Positions 32,278-46,908 of a stretch of DNA of 64,000 bases are shown here, piece after piece (position 1 is the stretch's first letter; the number at the start of each line of letters is the position of its first letter). A program made the translations under genes and the position numbers. The DNA comes from the human T2T-CHM13v2.0 reference genome, Homo sapiens. A model generated the notes under the pieces. The model was not told the DNA's origin, did not search any database, and was given only the letters and a program-made list of their open reading frames with translations. The stretch lies in assembly GCF_009914755.1 (NCBI RefSeq), contig NC_060925.1. One strand, given 5' to 3'.

Positions 32278-33774
32278 CTAAAAACAAAAACAAAATCATA
32301 TGCTTACCCACTGAACTTACCAATTACTTTTATTTCTCTATAATTGGATGTTAAAGGATAATAACTGGAAGATGACTTCTGTGAACCAGTTTTATTTGAT
32401 GCATAAGTAAAAATACAGTAAAACTCCACCACTGGTAAGGTCCATAAAATTCATTCACACAAAATGTAATGCCACATGCATTTGAGGTTAATAAAAAACA
32501 GAATTTTTCACTCTGTATTGTCATGAAAAACATGAAAGTACAGAAAGCAAAACTTTACTTACACAACTGACTGTATACACAACTGAGCAAAGCTCAAATG
32601 ATCCCCACGCAGCCATTTCCTACTATCTCTCTCTCTCTCCTCTGCTTCAGCTAAGAACTTCAGCCTGCCTCTTGTTTGAGATCAGGAGCTGGGCAAATGG
32701 TTGAGGAACTGCCAGTCACGTTACATGCAAACTGTATTTCTGCAGGGTACATTATTTTAGGAACTTATGTATTTCAACTTGCTGGGTTTTCTTTTCTATT
32801 TTGCAGAAACTGCTCTGATCATCTATTTCTAAGCACATGTTAGGTGTGATGTTATATAAAAAAGATATATTTTTTTTCTGACATGTAGACTTGAAATATT
32901 TGTCAGGAGCTCAGAAACTAAGTCTCAAAATCAAAACAACTCCTACCCACTGACTTTTGTTAAATCTGTCAAACCTGAGGATCATCACCAGCTTATCCAA
33001 AAAACTATAAACACTTCCATGCCATACATCATACTAGGTAATCAATGAACAAAATTCATCTTCGTGTTTGTTCACTGTTTTTAAAGTATTATGTTTGCTT
33101 TGCATTTCTGACAGAGATCAAATGTCTTTAAAACACTTAGACTAAATGGCGTAAGGAGAAATATTACCATTTATTTTGATGATAGAGAATATTTCAAATA
33201 TCTACAATGTTCCAGGCATGTTCTAGGCACTTCCACTTGGTTGTCTTTTATCTGAATTCAAAGTATGAAGGATTTTCTTACTCATTCTGATCAGACAGTT
33301 TTGAGTCATAAAGATTTAATTGAAAACCAGTTTTGGGCTCAAGTTCTAAGCTAGCAGCTCCATCATGTCACCATACTGGATATCATGGTTACAAAAGCTT
33401 TACTGGGTCAGCAGGAAACTAATGTACCAACTTGCATTTCTTAAGTGTTTATGAGTTTTAAGAATTAATGTAGTACTGTACCCTTCAAGTATAAGCCCAA
33501 TATCAGCAAAGCAGAGAAGACAATGATTGCCCTTGACTTTTTCAATGAATAAAATTAGTAATGGAGAACAGAGGGAAAAGACAAAATGTAAAAAGGATTT
33601 TACGAGATTCTTTTTGAATTCTTCCTTAAATCTTCCAACAGAATTTTTTAAAAACATAATTACACGATATATAAAATTTGCTGATTGAATCATTCTCTAC
33701 AACCTATAAAGTTAGGATACATATACATTTACTAAACATTTCAAATAATGAAATTTCTTTCTTATTCTAAAAAA

Positions 33775-34063
33775 TTTTTTTTTTTAAGAGACAGGGTGTC
33801 ACTCTGTTGCACTGGCTGGAATGCAGGGCATGATCATAGCTCACTGCAGCCTCAAACTCCTGGGTTCAAGCAATCCTCCTGCCTCAGCCTCCCGAGTAGC
33901 TGGGACTACAGGTGTGCGCATCACATCCAGCTAATTTTTAAATTTTTTGTAAAGACAGAGTCTTACTATGTTGCCCAGGGTGGTCTCGAACTCCTGGGCT
34001 CAAATGATCTTCCTGCCTTGGCTTCCCAAAGTGCTAGGATTACAGATGTGAACCACTGCACCC
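33775..34063 (-). mobile_element. AluJ
   Basis: Alu dimer; TSD TCAAATAATGAAA. Confidence 0.9.
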
Positions 34064-34161
34064 AATCAAATAATGAAACTTTTTAATAGATTCACCTACA
34101 AGTCAAATAATTTCATACATACATGTAACACACAGAGAAACAAAAATTAACTGGCACCTAC

Positions 34162-34243
34162 CCTTCTTCGACATTTAAGGAACCACTCCAGCCAACAGCA
34201 AATTGCATTTCTTCCTTTCCTTTATCACTATATTTCCATTTTG
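34162..34243 (-). CDS. RAB3GAP2: RAB3GAP2 exon 4 (82 bp): [26 protein letters not shown](G)
   Basis: TACAG|CA acceptor, AGG|GTAGGT donor; phases match the flanking exons. Confidence 0.96.
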
Positions 34244-34912
34244 CTGTAAGAATTAAGATATCATATAAAATAATTTTAGCTATAATACACTAAAAGAGTA
34301 ATTTATAAATTTTGCTCTTTCCCCTTAGAATATGATTACAAAATTTAACAGTTGTGTATTAACTGACTTGGGTCTTTTTTATAGGTAAATATAAGATAAA
34401 CATGTTTATAAGATTCTTATAATACACCTAGTCTCCTGGCCTTCAGCCTCTCCTTCCCCCAATTCAACCTGTATAATGTTGTCATAGTTCTTGTAGAATA
34501 AAGTTATTAACTCCTATGCCCACCCTGCCTAGTTTAAGACTACTTTTATCATCAGATGACGGAGAAAATTTTTCTACTAGATCTTTGCTACTTGAGGGTA
34601 ACTTTGCTTTGTAAGACCATTCTAGACACATTTTACACACAATCTTACTTTGATCAGTAAGGTTTGGAGATCTATAAGATATGAAAAAAACCTCAATTTT
34701 AATCTTCAACAAAAAATTATGAGTTAAAATGCTATGCCCCAAACAGAAATCCATAATATTATGAGTTTTCAAATTAGAGTTGAAAATCACCTCATTCACA
34801 TTGTTACTAAGAAAAGGTCAATGACCTTTTTAGCTCTGACTGTCCCTTGCAAGAATTGAGCAATGCACAGTACTGCCCCTGAGGTACCATATGGAGAGCA
34901 CTAAGGTAGCTA

Positions 34913-35266
<354 letters not shown>

Positions 35267-35528
35267 CTACAATTACTGCATATGCAAAAATACCAAGAGT
35301 ATTCAAACTCAGCTTGCCTGTCTCAAGGGGTGAGAGGGAAGAAAAAAAAGAAAAGGAAATATTTCCAATTCTCATACAGTTTCATAATATTCCTTATCAA
35401 AACATGCCAAAGATGGCTGACAAACAAAATACCCACTATAAACAAATCTTCAGTTTTGAATATTAATGCAAAAAATTTAAATATAAACAAATATAAACTA
35501 GCAAGGCATTAAAAGAATGTCACATAGT

Positions 35529-35829
<301 letters not shown>

Positions 35830-35989
35830 TCACTCCAGGAATTCAGCATTAGGAAATTTAGTGAATAATCCTATTTACAAAGAGATAGCTAGACAGCAAA
35901 GAAAAAAAATGTGATGTTTATTATGGTTATAGGATCTATAAAAGCATCTGATATAACGTTATGCTTCTTTCTTTTTATTTGGCCTACAG

Positions 35990-36219
35990 GTGTTTTCTCT
36001 TTTTCATTAGACGTTTATGTATTGTATAGGTAAATCCCCATGGTTAAAAATTCAACAGCTATAAAAAGGTGTTCTTTGAAAAATCTCTTATACTCCTGTA
36101 CTCTAGCCATCTAGTTGTTAACTCTAGAGACAATGCAATCAGTTCTTATGTGTATTTCCAGAGATACTTTATGCACATTTACTACCCTTTTCCTCCCTTT
36201 TTCTTACAAGAATAGTAGC

Positions 36220-36256
<37 letters not shown>

Positions 36257-37070
36257 TTCTATACTTTGCTTTTTTCTCTTAACATATTCATTAGACTTCA
36301 TTCCACTTCCACATGAAGTTTCTTTATTGTTTTTAATGTCTGCATAGTATTCCATTTTATGGATGCACTATAATTTATTTAACCAGTTCCCGATATGCGT
36401 GGACATTTGTATTGCTTACCATCTTTTGCTGTTACCAACTATGCTGCAATAAATAGGTTTATAAATTCCTCAGTTTGTGTGGAAGTGTATCAGTAAGCTA
36501 AATTCCCAGAAGTAAAATTGCTGGGTCAAAGGGAATGTGTATTAGTAAATTTGCTGAATATTCCCAAACTGTGCCCCACACATGTTGTATTAATTTGTAA
36601 TTCCATCAGCAATTTTTGAAAGTGCTTGCTTTTTCACAGGCATTTCAAAAAATATTTTAATGGCGGATCTCTGTCAATTTAATAGGTAAAATGTAGTATC
36701 TCAATATGCTTTTAAACTACATTTTTCTTATTAATGAGAATTTAGGCATTTTCTCATATACTTAAGAAAATTTCTCATTTTTATATAAAGGAAAGGAACA
36801 AATTGCATAATTTTCTATGAATAGTTTGTTCCCTTCCTTTGTAGATTTCCTGTTGGGTTGATGCTCTTTTTCTAATTGCTTTGTATACACTCTTTACATA
36901 CAAAAAGAAAAACAAAATTGGCCCTTTGAACATAAGTGATGCAAATAGTTTTTCCTATTTGTGATGGCTTAAGTTTTTCCATGTAGAAATTTTTTATTGT
37001 CATGTGGCTAAATTATCCATCTATTCTCTTACAGCTTCTGGGTTTGATGTCATGTAGACTCCTACCTTAC
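35990..37070 (-). mobile_element. Ancient L1ME-type fragment containing a (TA)n microsatellite (36222-36255)
   Basis: GCATAGTATTCCATTTTATGGATGCAC, AATTGCTGGGTCAAAGGG are L1M 3' motifs on the minus strand. Confidence 0.7.
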
Positions 37071-39740
37071 TCAGCCCTACCTAATGTCTTTTAGATTCAA
37101 TTATTGAAAAGGGGAGGGAAAGGGAGGGGAAAGCTATGCAGGTTAATTTCCTTTTATAAAAAAATTATAATTTCATGCTTTTTAAAAACTTGTAATAAGC
37201 ATGCATTACAAGCATTATAAAATTTAAAAGATTTTAGAAACAGAAAATCATCCTAGTCAGAAATGTTACAGTAGTATCATATTTCCAGGAATAAATTATT
37301 TCTTGCTGGGATACCATCAAAGAAATGTTTAAAACACAAAAAAAATATGGGTTACAGGGAATCTTTAGAAATACCCCAAAATGAGCCTGAAACCTCTGGG
37401 ACAGTCATGCAATTATTTTTCTTTTGCAATGGGATATTAGGAAACAAACAGATTTGGAACTTTTTTCTCAAGCAAAATAAGCTAAGGAGGCTGCACCATC
37501 TCCCGAAAGATAGGGAGAACATAACATTGGCAAAATCTCATTTTATTAAAGCTCTACTTTTCTTAAGGAATTCTGTATCTAGCTTGTTGTTTTTAATGTT
37601 TGTTTTTCTACAGATAAATTAGAAAATTATCCCCCAAAGATAAAAGTTATGAAGGTAAAACTTAGTTGTAATTAAATTTTTCCCTGGTTCCACAACTTCT
37701 GCTGTAGGATAGTCTTTGTTTACCCAACACATCACTCCTCATGATGGCTTGCTGTAAGCTGAGGACAACATTACCCGATGGTTTCCTCCAACAACTGAGA
37801 CTCCAATTATACCAACTGTGAGGCACAGGACCTTCTAAGTGATTAGAGATCCACTTTCAGGTAGGAGCTTAGAAGAGGACAGCTTATATAGGAATATTAT
37901 TTAGGCATTGCTTTTGATAAGAAATTAGGAGGGTCCAAAACTCTTTGATTGGTCTCTGACTCTTATCCTAAAATCTCCATCTCAATGCAATAAAAAAGAA
38001 TCAATATAATGCTTCAGGAAAGGAATACAGCCCTTATTTGGGCATGTTCTCAAAAAAATTTGTTTTAATAATTGAGCATCTATACAAATAGATTCCTTCC
38101 TCTTATCACACTTCCAAAACTATGTTTAATCAGTAAATCCTAAAAATATTATAAAAGTTGCTTTTCTTTTTTTTTTCAATAAAGAATATTGTTCCTATGT
38201 TTCTGTCCCATGTTTTCAAAATAATGCCACTAACAAGGATTAGATCTGATGTTTATGTGCACAGAAAAGACAAAGAGTCAAAGATGGAAGACATTTAGAG
38301 GCCAACTGGTCCAAATTCTAATTTTATAATAAAGAAAATGGAGTCTCGGAGAGGTTAAGGGATGTGCTCCAGCCATAGAATTAGTGTCAGAGCCCAAACT
38401 AAAATCTAGGCTTCCTAATTCCTAATTCAGGTGGTCTTTCCACTCTATCACCCTGCTCATCTCTGTGGGTAGCTGTACTAGCTCTTTGGAAGCTTGTCTT
38501 TACTTGAGATTTGACTCTAATCTCATATTCAGTGAAAACCCTTTTCTCCAAAAGAACTACTGTATTGTCACTTTATTCCGGCCTAATCTTTCTGTAGTTC
38601 TTTGAGTCGATTTACAGCTACAAGATGACCACTGTATTTGAATATGTGAGCCAGAGTATTCTTGAGGTATTTCTTCAAGAACTCCTTTAAAAATACTTTC
38701 CCTCTCCTTTCTGTTTTTCCATCAGAAGTTCCAGTTCCTCTGGCAAACCCATCCTATCCTGACTCCTAACCTTCTTTCAAACTTACTGCAATTAAAAGTC
38801 TTACTACTCCCTGCTACCTGTTTATTCTGTGACTGCATTTCTCCCACACTAGATGAGACGCCCTCTGTTGGCAAAGCCTATGGCTTATATTATTTTTCAC
38901 CTCCACATGTAGCACAGTCCACTAATAGAATATAGGAGTAAATAACAGCATTCCCTATCTCTTAAATAATATATTATCTATTCTTACACCTGAAACTGTA
39001 TAACAATGAACAATCAACCTAAAGCTAGTATATTCAGTCCTTAGTAATGTTTTTTCTTAAGTAATACTAAGATTTAATAGTTCAAGATTCTGGCTGACAT
39101 ATTCATGGTAAGTACAAGTTAAAGAGATATAAGAACAGAATACCACTGTATCATAGTCTTCTTAGTTGGGCCTAAAACTCGGTGTCAGATTATGATCAAG
39201 CTGCTGCTACCCCAACAAATGGACTATAAGTGATCTCAGAAGCAAACATGAATTTTGTCCCAAAAGGACTACCCATGACAAAAGCATTGGAAATAGATGT
39301 CACTTGCTTGGAAGCAAATTCAGAAAAATGATTCCATAATCAATTATGATATCCCTAACCTGCTTAGCCATCTTATACATGTACATTTTTATTTACATGA
39401 AACTTGAGAATAAAACTTGATGTGGATTTTTATTCCGGTTTCATCCACTGAAGATGGGGGAATAAAGAAGCAAAAAGCCAAAATCTTCCATCATTCTTTA
39501 CTGCAGTTTATTTTCTATGTCCTTTCTACTTCTCCAACTTTCTCTGTTACTGTGGTACTAAAAATATATCCTCCCAGTTTGCCATGGTAAAGTTGGATAT
39601 GTACAACTGAGCATTACATATTATAAAAATAGGTTAGAAAATACGATAATATTATTATATCATCATTAGAGTTTGAAGTGCCATAAAATTCTAGATCTAA
39701 ACTTTTAGTTGTGCTTCTCAAGAATGATGCTAACTTGTCA

Positions 39741-40030
39741 CATCATTCTGAGCAAACTATCGCAAGGACAGAAAACCAAACACTGCACATTCTCACTCAT
39801 AGATGGGAATTGAACAATGAGAACACTTGGACACAGGGTGGGGAACATCACACACCAGGGCCTGTCGTGGGGTGTGGAGTCAGGGGAGGGATAGCATTAG
39901 GAGATATATCTAATGTAAATGACGAGTTAATGGGTGCAGCACACCAAAATGGCACATGTATACATATGTAACAAACCTGCACGTTGTGCACATGTACCCT
40001 AGAACTTAAAGTATAATTTAAAAAAAAAAA
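39741..40030 (+). mobile_element. 5'-truncated L1PA 3' end
   Basis: L1PA 3'UTR ending TACCCTAGAACTTAAAGTATAAT-poly(A); ~20-22 bp TSD AGAA(T/C)GATGCTAACTTGTCACA. Confidence 0.95.
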
Positions 40031-41479
40031 AGAACGATGCTAACTTGTCACAAAATGCAATGGTGTTGTGCTCTTAATACAAGCTCCACAAGCTCTTTGG
40101 ATCCACAACCACACGGGGGAGCAGCTGTATACCTATTCCAACTGCAAGCTCCTGGTCACATGTAATTCTAAAGTAACTTCTTTGTGACTAAGGCACAGTA
40201 TTCAACATATCAGATTCAATACAAGGACAAAAAGCCTCTAATGACAATAACCCAAACCAAATAATATCCTTAAAATTATAAAGAGGTAAAAATGTATTGT
40301 TTTAAGCTTAGCTATAATATTTTGCCCCCAGCCAGAGTAAATTTTACCATATTATGAAGCAAATTCAAAACAGAAAACTGCTGGAGGTGTGGATGGGAGA
40401 AATCCTCAGGTAAATCAAATTTCTTTTAATAAATCTACAAATTAAGAAACTGTAGTACTAAGTGCAAGACAATGTAAGCAAAGATCCTAGAACTGCTTGT
40501 CTGTACAGATCAACAATCTCCTTCTTACACATGTCATAATCCTCTTGAAGCCAACTGACAGGATGATTCAATCTTAACAGAAACAGAAGGAACTACAGGG
40601 ATCATTTGAGTGAAATTCCTCCTTTTCCAGAAAAGAAATCAAGCTCTAAAAAGAATAAGTGGATTTTCACTAACCATGCCAATACTATAGATAATACATT
40701 TAAAGCAACATACATTCACACAGTCCCTGGACAATTTACAGAGGAACTCTGGTCCTTCACTTCTAAAATCAGGGGTCTGAGGAAGAATGAGGAAATGGCC
40801 TGTGGGTCAGAATCCATGAGAAAGACTAGACCCTCGATGTTCTCATATCTCTCTCTCTCTGCTTTAATGTATCCTGTACAACACTGCCACAGTATTGCTC
40901 CAGAAGGGCTGCAGAAATACAAACCAAGAATAAAGAGTGTGAGTCCATCTGAAGTGACTCCAGTGCCAGATTTTTCAGGGAAGTCTCAAGTCTAAGCACA
41001 AATAACTTGATGAAAATATTGGTATAGTGGAGATTAGGAAATGCCCTCTCTAGGCTGGATCACAATGAGCTAGTATTAGGTTTTACAACAAAATATGATT
41101 TCCAGCGCCAGTTCCAGAAAGCTCAGGCAAGAAATAGGGCTGTAAACAACAATGCTCTGGGAAGCCTAATAGAGCATCAGCACACATTCAGTGGCTGACA
41201 AGATGCAAGCTCATCATTTTGTTTTGTGTCATAAGGGCATTTGCCTACTAATTAGCGTTTTGGAAAACTTCCCCAATAATGGGGCCCACAGTCTCTAACA
41301 CTGCCCCTTTGAAGCTAGTGATCCAAAAATAATATCATTTGACAAGGTAATTTCCCAAGCCACGCCTGAAATGTAAAACAAAAAAAGCACCTCACTGCTT
41401 AAAGGTGCTCCACCAGGGACCTTGGGTTTTCCACCAAAACTTGCCTCCCCCACCCTGTTACTAAAGTTGACACTGAATT

Positions 41480-42795
41480 TGCCTGCAGTCTCCCCCATCA
41501 TCGTCGTTGTGGTGGCTGTGCTAAGCTCCATGGCTCTGAGAGCCAGCCCGTCCCTTCCCTGCCACTGTGAAGTGGGTGTTCAGAGAGTCTCGCTCCTGGA
41601 ACGCAGGTGAGTGGAGTCCCCGAAGATCCGCACAAAATAGCCCAGCCAGTTCCAGCAATTATGAAAAAGTCCAGGCTCTCAGACCGCTGACCCTGATAAG
41701 TAGAAGTCCTTGGTGCCACCTGGTATTCCAGTGGCTCAGTCCATGTGCATCATCACGAGTAGGATCCAGCTTGCTGCTGAAAAGGCCTCTGTCCCGTTTG
41801 TGGATAAGACAGTGCAGCCCAACCATGGGACAGCTTTAGGAGGCAAAAGCTGAAGATGGATTTTTTGTACCTGGCTGATATGGTTTGGCTGTGTCCCCAC
41901 TCAAATTTCATTTTGAATTGTAATTCCCACAATTCCCACGTGTTGTGGGAAGAAGCCGGTGGGAGGTAACTGAATTATGGAGGTGGGTCTCTCCTGCCCT
42001 GTTCTGATAGTGAATGAGTCTCACAAGTTCCGATGGTTTTAAAAAGGGGAGTTTCCCTGCACAAGCTCTCTTCTCTTGTCTGTCGCCATGTGAGACATGG
42101 CTTTCACCTTCCACCATGATTGTGAGGCCTCCCCAGCCACGTGGAAGTGTAAGTCCAATAAACCTCTTTCTTTTGTAAATTGCCCAGTCTCAGGTATGTC
42201 TTTATCAGCAGCATGAAAATGGACTAACACACTGGCCTACGTGGAGAGAGCACCCTGGCTTCTTCTGAGGGCTGCTGCTGGGCTAGGTGCACCATTACCA
42301 CTTGAGTATCTTGAAAATAGCTGGCAGTTTTCAGTTATTATACCACAACCGCTTCTCACAGACATATTAGTGCATCTGAGACTGGGTTTATTTCTTCATA
42401 TACTGGAAACTTTTGTTTTCTTAGAATAGAAAATTATCATACAGGGTTTTATTTCGAGTTTTTCTTTTTATGCACTGTCCTCATGGCTATATTCTCCAGG
42501 GAACTTGTTCTTTTGGAAATCATATTTAATGAAGATATTTCCATATTGAAGTGAGGTGGGTGTGGTGTTAAAGTAAAAAGGAAGGAGATGAAATATTTAT
42601 TCTGCATTACGTTTGAAGTGTTAGATGGCTAAGTATTAAAAGCAACCAAATTAAATCCCCCAAATTAAAGCAATCAGAACACCTGCTTCACTAGATTTTG
42701 CCAGCTGCCAATCATGTTGGACTGAGCTAATCTGTTCCTCTTTCTGACACTACTATGGTAAATAACAATAAAACTTGCTTTTATAAAGGCAAAAA
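41480..42795 (+). pseudogene. GABARAPL2 (GATE-16/ATG8 family) processed pseudogene with 5'UTR, CDS (41567-42268, interrupted by an LTR) and 3'UTR; antisense in intron 2
   Basis: GTG-KWVF..LERR*VESPKIRTK..GSQTADPDK*KSLVPPGIPVAQSMCIITSRIQLAAEKASVPFVDKTV..MGQL*E..EDGF..AY..GESTxGF* parallels GABARAPL2 (MKWMFKEDHSLEHR...GENTFGF); no introns; AATAAA at 42767 followed by an A-rich/(AATG)n tail. Confidence 0.9.
41876..42231 (+). mobile_element. THE1 (THE1A-like) MaLR solo LTR inserted in the GABARAPL2 pseudogene
   Basis: TGATATGGTTTGGCTGTGTCCCCAC...GGACTAACACA, 356 bp, TG..CA ends, 5-bp TSD CTGGC (41871-41875 / 42232-42236). Confidence 0.93.
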
Positions 42796-44309
42796 TGAAT
42801 GAATGAATGAATGCACCTATAAAACATAATCCTAGTTGTTGAGGGGAGGGAATCTATAATTATATTTTAGTATGGCCTAAACTTCAAGAATTTTTTTTGA
42901 ATTAAGACCAGTAAAAAAGTTTTCTTAATCTACAAAAATACAGAAGCCACTAATGTGCATTATGGAAAGGAATTCTTTCTAAACAACGCAATATGGGATA
43001 GAGCATATACTTTAAAAATTTTCTTTCTTTTGATTTTAAGCACACAATGCAGGCAGACAATAAAATTGTAGTAATTAAATCAGTCTTTCAACTATAGCTG
43101 GCATTATAGGGACTGGTAATTACTGGGTAAACACAGTGGCCAGTGTTTTTTGGTTTTTCAGCTATTGTAGTACTTACGTAGTCACTGAAGTAGCCAGGAG
43201 TGGTTTTTCAAAGCTTTCAACTTTAGTACGATAAGTCCATCATTTGCAATTTATGTTGTTACTGTCATTTTGCTAACTTTCACAGATATTTACACATTTT
43301 AGTGGTACCAGTAAGATCCAGTGTAATCTAAGGGCTGTCAGCACATTCTCTGTAATTCTCAGCAGCTTTCTGCCTAAGCCATAGAAATAAAATATTCATC
43401 TATACTTTTAAAGCAAGACACATAGTGCTTCAGCAATTTTGAAACACAAAAAGAAAGTAAACATCACTATATTACTAGTTACTAAGGATTTTTTCTTTTT
43501 TTTTCTATTCTGCTACTAACTATAAAATGCTCAATATTTTTCAAACTTTCTTTTTTTAGATAGCAGAACTTTGTACTCCCAAACAAAATTTTTTACAAAA
43601 ATTCAATATATGAAATAGATAAAAGCACAAATGAGGAAGCTACACAGCACCTCTGTAGAACCCTAGAGCTCTCTCACACATAGCATGAAAAGTACTAGTC
43701 TAGGCCACATTTCAGATCAGAGACTAAAATTCTCAAATGAAAGATCCTGAGATCTTTTCAACATAAGGAAAGACATGAACTCTTTCTAAATTTGATTTGA
43801 AGGGGCCCAAAGGAATTCTCACAAATAAATTAATCACAAAAAAACTATAACTTCAATCTCAATTTTAAAAATTACCTTTCTTTCTAGCATTAGAGGAACT
43901 TAACTCTAACTCAGTAACTCTTATTTACTTCAACTGTCAATTCAAGTAGGATTAATTCTGCCATTTATTCTTCAATTGTATATATAATATGATCTCATTT
44001 TCATAAAATGTTCTTTGTGCCCATTCATCTGCCCACTCAACCTTCTATTCATATAGTGCCAAAGAAAAACCCCCAAAAACCCCTTTATTTGTGTAGAGCC
44101 ATGCAGAACCCCTGAAAGTTAATAATGATGATCATTTTTAGATGTTAGGGATGGGTTATTTTATTATTTTTATTTTTCTGTAATACTTGAATTTTCTATA
44201 ATAAACATGTGTCAAATATATTTTATTACTCATACAAAATTCATTTCATAAACAATTACAATGGAACTCCAAAACTAAATGTATACTTCTCTATTGCCTG
44301 AACAACTGT

Positions 44310-44478
44310 TTATTTGCTTTGTTTTGTTTTTGTTTTTTTGAGTCAGCGTCTCGCTCTGACGCCCAGGCTGGAGTGCAGTGCAATGGTGCAATCACAGCTC
44401 ACTGCAGCCTCTACCTCCTGGGCTCAAGCAATCCTCCCACCTCAGCCCCTGAGTAGGTGGGACTATAGGCAGGCACAT
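44310..44478 (-). mobile_element. Partial Alu (right arm)
   Basis: GAGTCAGCGTCTCGCTCTGACGCCCAGGCTGGAGTGCAG. Confidence 0.85.
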
Positions 44479-45145
44479 GTCACTTTGTCTGACCACAACT
44501 GTTTAATACTACATACTAAATCTAGGTGTCATGGAGTAAAAGAAAGTGACAAAAAAATTCCTGCTCAGAAACTATCATCTAGTTGGATAAACAATACTAG
44601 TAAATAAGAAATAACTCTCACTCAATATAAATCAGAATAGATTTAATAGCTAAAGTAAGTGCAATGAACCTTAAACTGCTATTGGAGTTTAGAAAAAAAA
44701 TAAGATAATGGTATGCGTTCCCCAAAAGAATTATAAGTGAAAAACATATGAAAGAATGACAAACTTTACCCATTAATTTAAAATATAGATTAAAACACTG
44801 AAATGGCATTTTACGTTGATCTGGTTTAGCAAAGACTAAAGTATGATAACATACTAGGAGTCAACAATTTCAAATACCTGAGAACAGCAAGAGAAAAGCG
44901 CATTCATCTCTCACAGTCTTGTTTCCCAATACAATATTTGTTAAAAACATGGGTGGAGAGAAATATTTCACTTAAAAAAAAAAAACAATAGCACACAGCC
45001 AATGATAATAAGCAACTGGCTCAGAGCTGTTTTTATTTCTGTAAACAACAAGTAAAGAAAGGTACTCTCATACACTGCTATTTGGAATACAAATTGGCTA
45101 GCCCTTTAGAAGCACCATGCAACAATTTCTGTCAAAATGTAAAAT

Positions 45146-45307
45146 CCAGCCTGGGCAACATGGTAAGACCCCATCTGTAAAAAAAAAAAAACTGAAAAAT
45201 TAGAGGCCTGGGAGGTCGAGGCTGAAGTGAGCCATGATCGTGCCACTGCACTCCAACCTGGGTGACAAAGCAAGACCCTATCTCAAAAAAAAAAAAAAAA
45301 AAAAAAA
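45146..45307 (+). mobile_element. Partial, internally deleted AluJ
   Basis: CCAGCCTGGGCAACATGG...GAGGCTGAAGTGAGCCATGATCG...poly(A). Confidence 0.85.
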
Positions 45308-45349
45308 GAGGAAAATGTATATATCTTTTGAATTTATTCTGATGGAATA

Positions 45350-45570
45350 AGGCTAGCTAACATTTATTGAGCACTTACTATGCTCCAGGTACTATTCTAA
45401 GCATATATCATTTAATCCTCATGGCAATACTATGAGTTTGGTATTGTTATCAATATCACTTTAGAAATGAGGTAACTGAACTTAGAAAAGTTAAATAACT
45501 TGCCCAGGGTTTCATAATTAGTAAGTGGCAGAGTTGGGACAGAAATTCAGGCAGTCGGACTCTCAATTAT
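45350..45570. mobile_element. MIR
   Basis: CATTTATTGAGCACTTACTATG, AGAAATGAGGTAACTGAACTTAGAAAAGTTAAATAACTTGCCCAGG core. Confidence 0.8.
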
Positions 45571-46701
45571 GACACTATGTGCCAACATGAAACCAAAGAT
45601 GAATGGCAGACATAAAGGTACTTATTGCAGCATTGCTCATTATAGGAAAAAAGAAAAGAAAAAGGGCAAAGGAAAACTAGATGCCCTTCAGCAGAAGCGT
45701 GATTAAATAAATCACAGTACAGCTATACAATAAAATAGTATTCCTTGAAAAGAATGAAATAATTTACATATATGGAAAAACCTCCAAATTACATTAAATA
45801 GAAAAAGCAAGGAGTAGAATAATGTGTAAAATTAAAGTCTATTTGGTCTCTAGGTAAACAGGGTAAATTAAACACATGAATTTTACTCTCAGTCTCCCTA
45901 GCACCAGTAAGAACAACAGTAAAAGAATTCTTTTTAAAGGCAAAACCAGTAAGGACAAAAAAACTTTCCTCCAAAAAACAAATGAACAAAATCAAGGAGA
46001 AAAGGCACAAAATGTGAGAGCTAGAAAACAAAGGAACAGGTGGTCACTGAGTTTACAGTTCCTAGAAAGCTAACTCCTAAACTGATGGAGAAGAAAGCTG
46101 AGAAGCTGCCCTAGTTGCATTGCAAAATCACCAGCAGCCTTAGGAATTGGCACCAGGTCCCCCTAGAAGTAAAGGTATGGATGGGGCTAAAAGCAGGAGG
46201 CTTGGTTGCAAGTGTGTTTAACCAGTAGTCAGGTCCCAGGCTCCCTTTCCCCACACCACCCAGCCAGATCCCTGGTAGAAGACCAGAGGCCCCAATCACC
46301 AAACCAAAACTCACTTAACAGAAGCTACTCTGCAGGAATGCCTAAGGAGCGCAGATTTGAACTAAAATTAACAGTTATAAACAAGAGAAAGGAAAAGGTG
46401 CAGCTGACTACATGGAGCTTAAGCATTTAGGCATAAATAATGCCACAGAGACCAAGCCTAGACAACTTGTTGCTCTGGCCAAAGATCCAAGAAGAACTTA
46501 AATTAACTTTTGTTTCCTGGCAATTACTTAGCTGCACTTTTCACAACAGCAAATCACTTCACCAAACTCTACTAAAATTAAATTAATGATCTTATAGATC
46601 AAATGCTCTGAAGGTCAAGAAGTTTTGGAGAACAAAATGGGGAAAAGGCAAAAAAGACAGACTGGGAGGGTTACATTAAGAGCCATGGGCTAAATAAACC
46701 A

Positions 46702-46908
46702 AGGTCTCTCAATATCAGCGCTATTGACATCTGGGGCCAGAAAATCCTTTGTTCTGTGCATTGAAAGATGCTTAGCAGAATTATTGGCCTCTACTCACTA
46801 GATGCACCCCCCTCAAGCTGTGAAAGCCAAAAATGTCTCTAGATGATGCCAAATCATTGCTAAATATCCACTGAGGAGGCAAAAATCACCCATGGTTGAG
46901 AATCACTA
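46702..46908. mobile_element. MER20 (hAT-Charlie)
   Basis: CTATTGACATCTGGGGCCAG...CCAAAAATGTCTCTAGA...GGTTGAGAATCACT. Confidence 0.8.

Noticed and set aside
40606-40995. 129-aa + strand ORF
   Set aside because: Non-ATG start, no recognisable homology, crosses a (CT)n run; consistent with a chance ORF in an intron
41567-41839. 90-aa ORF starting MKWVF
   Set aside because: Frameshifted reading of the GABARAPL2 pseudogene with a GTG start; the homologous frame has several stops
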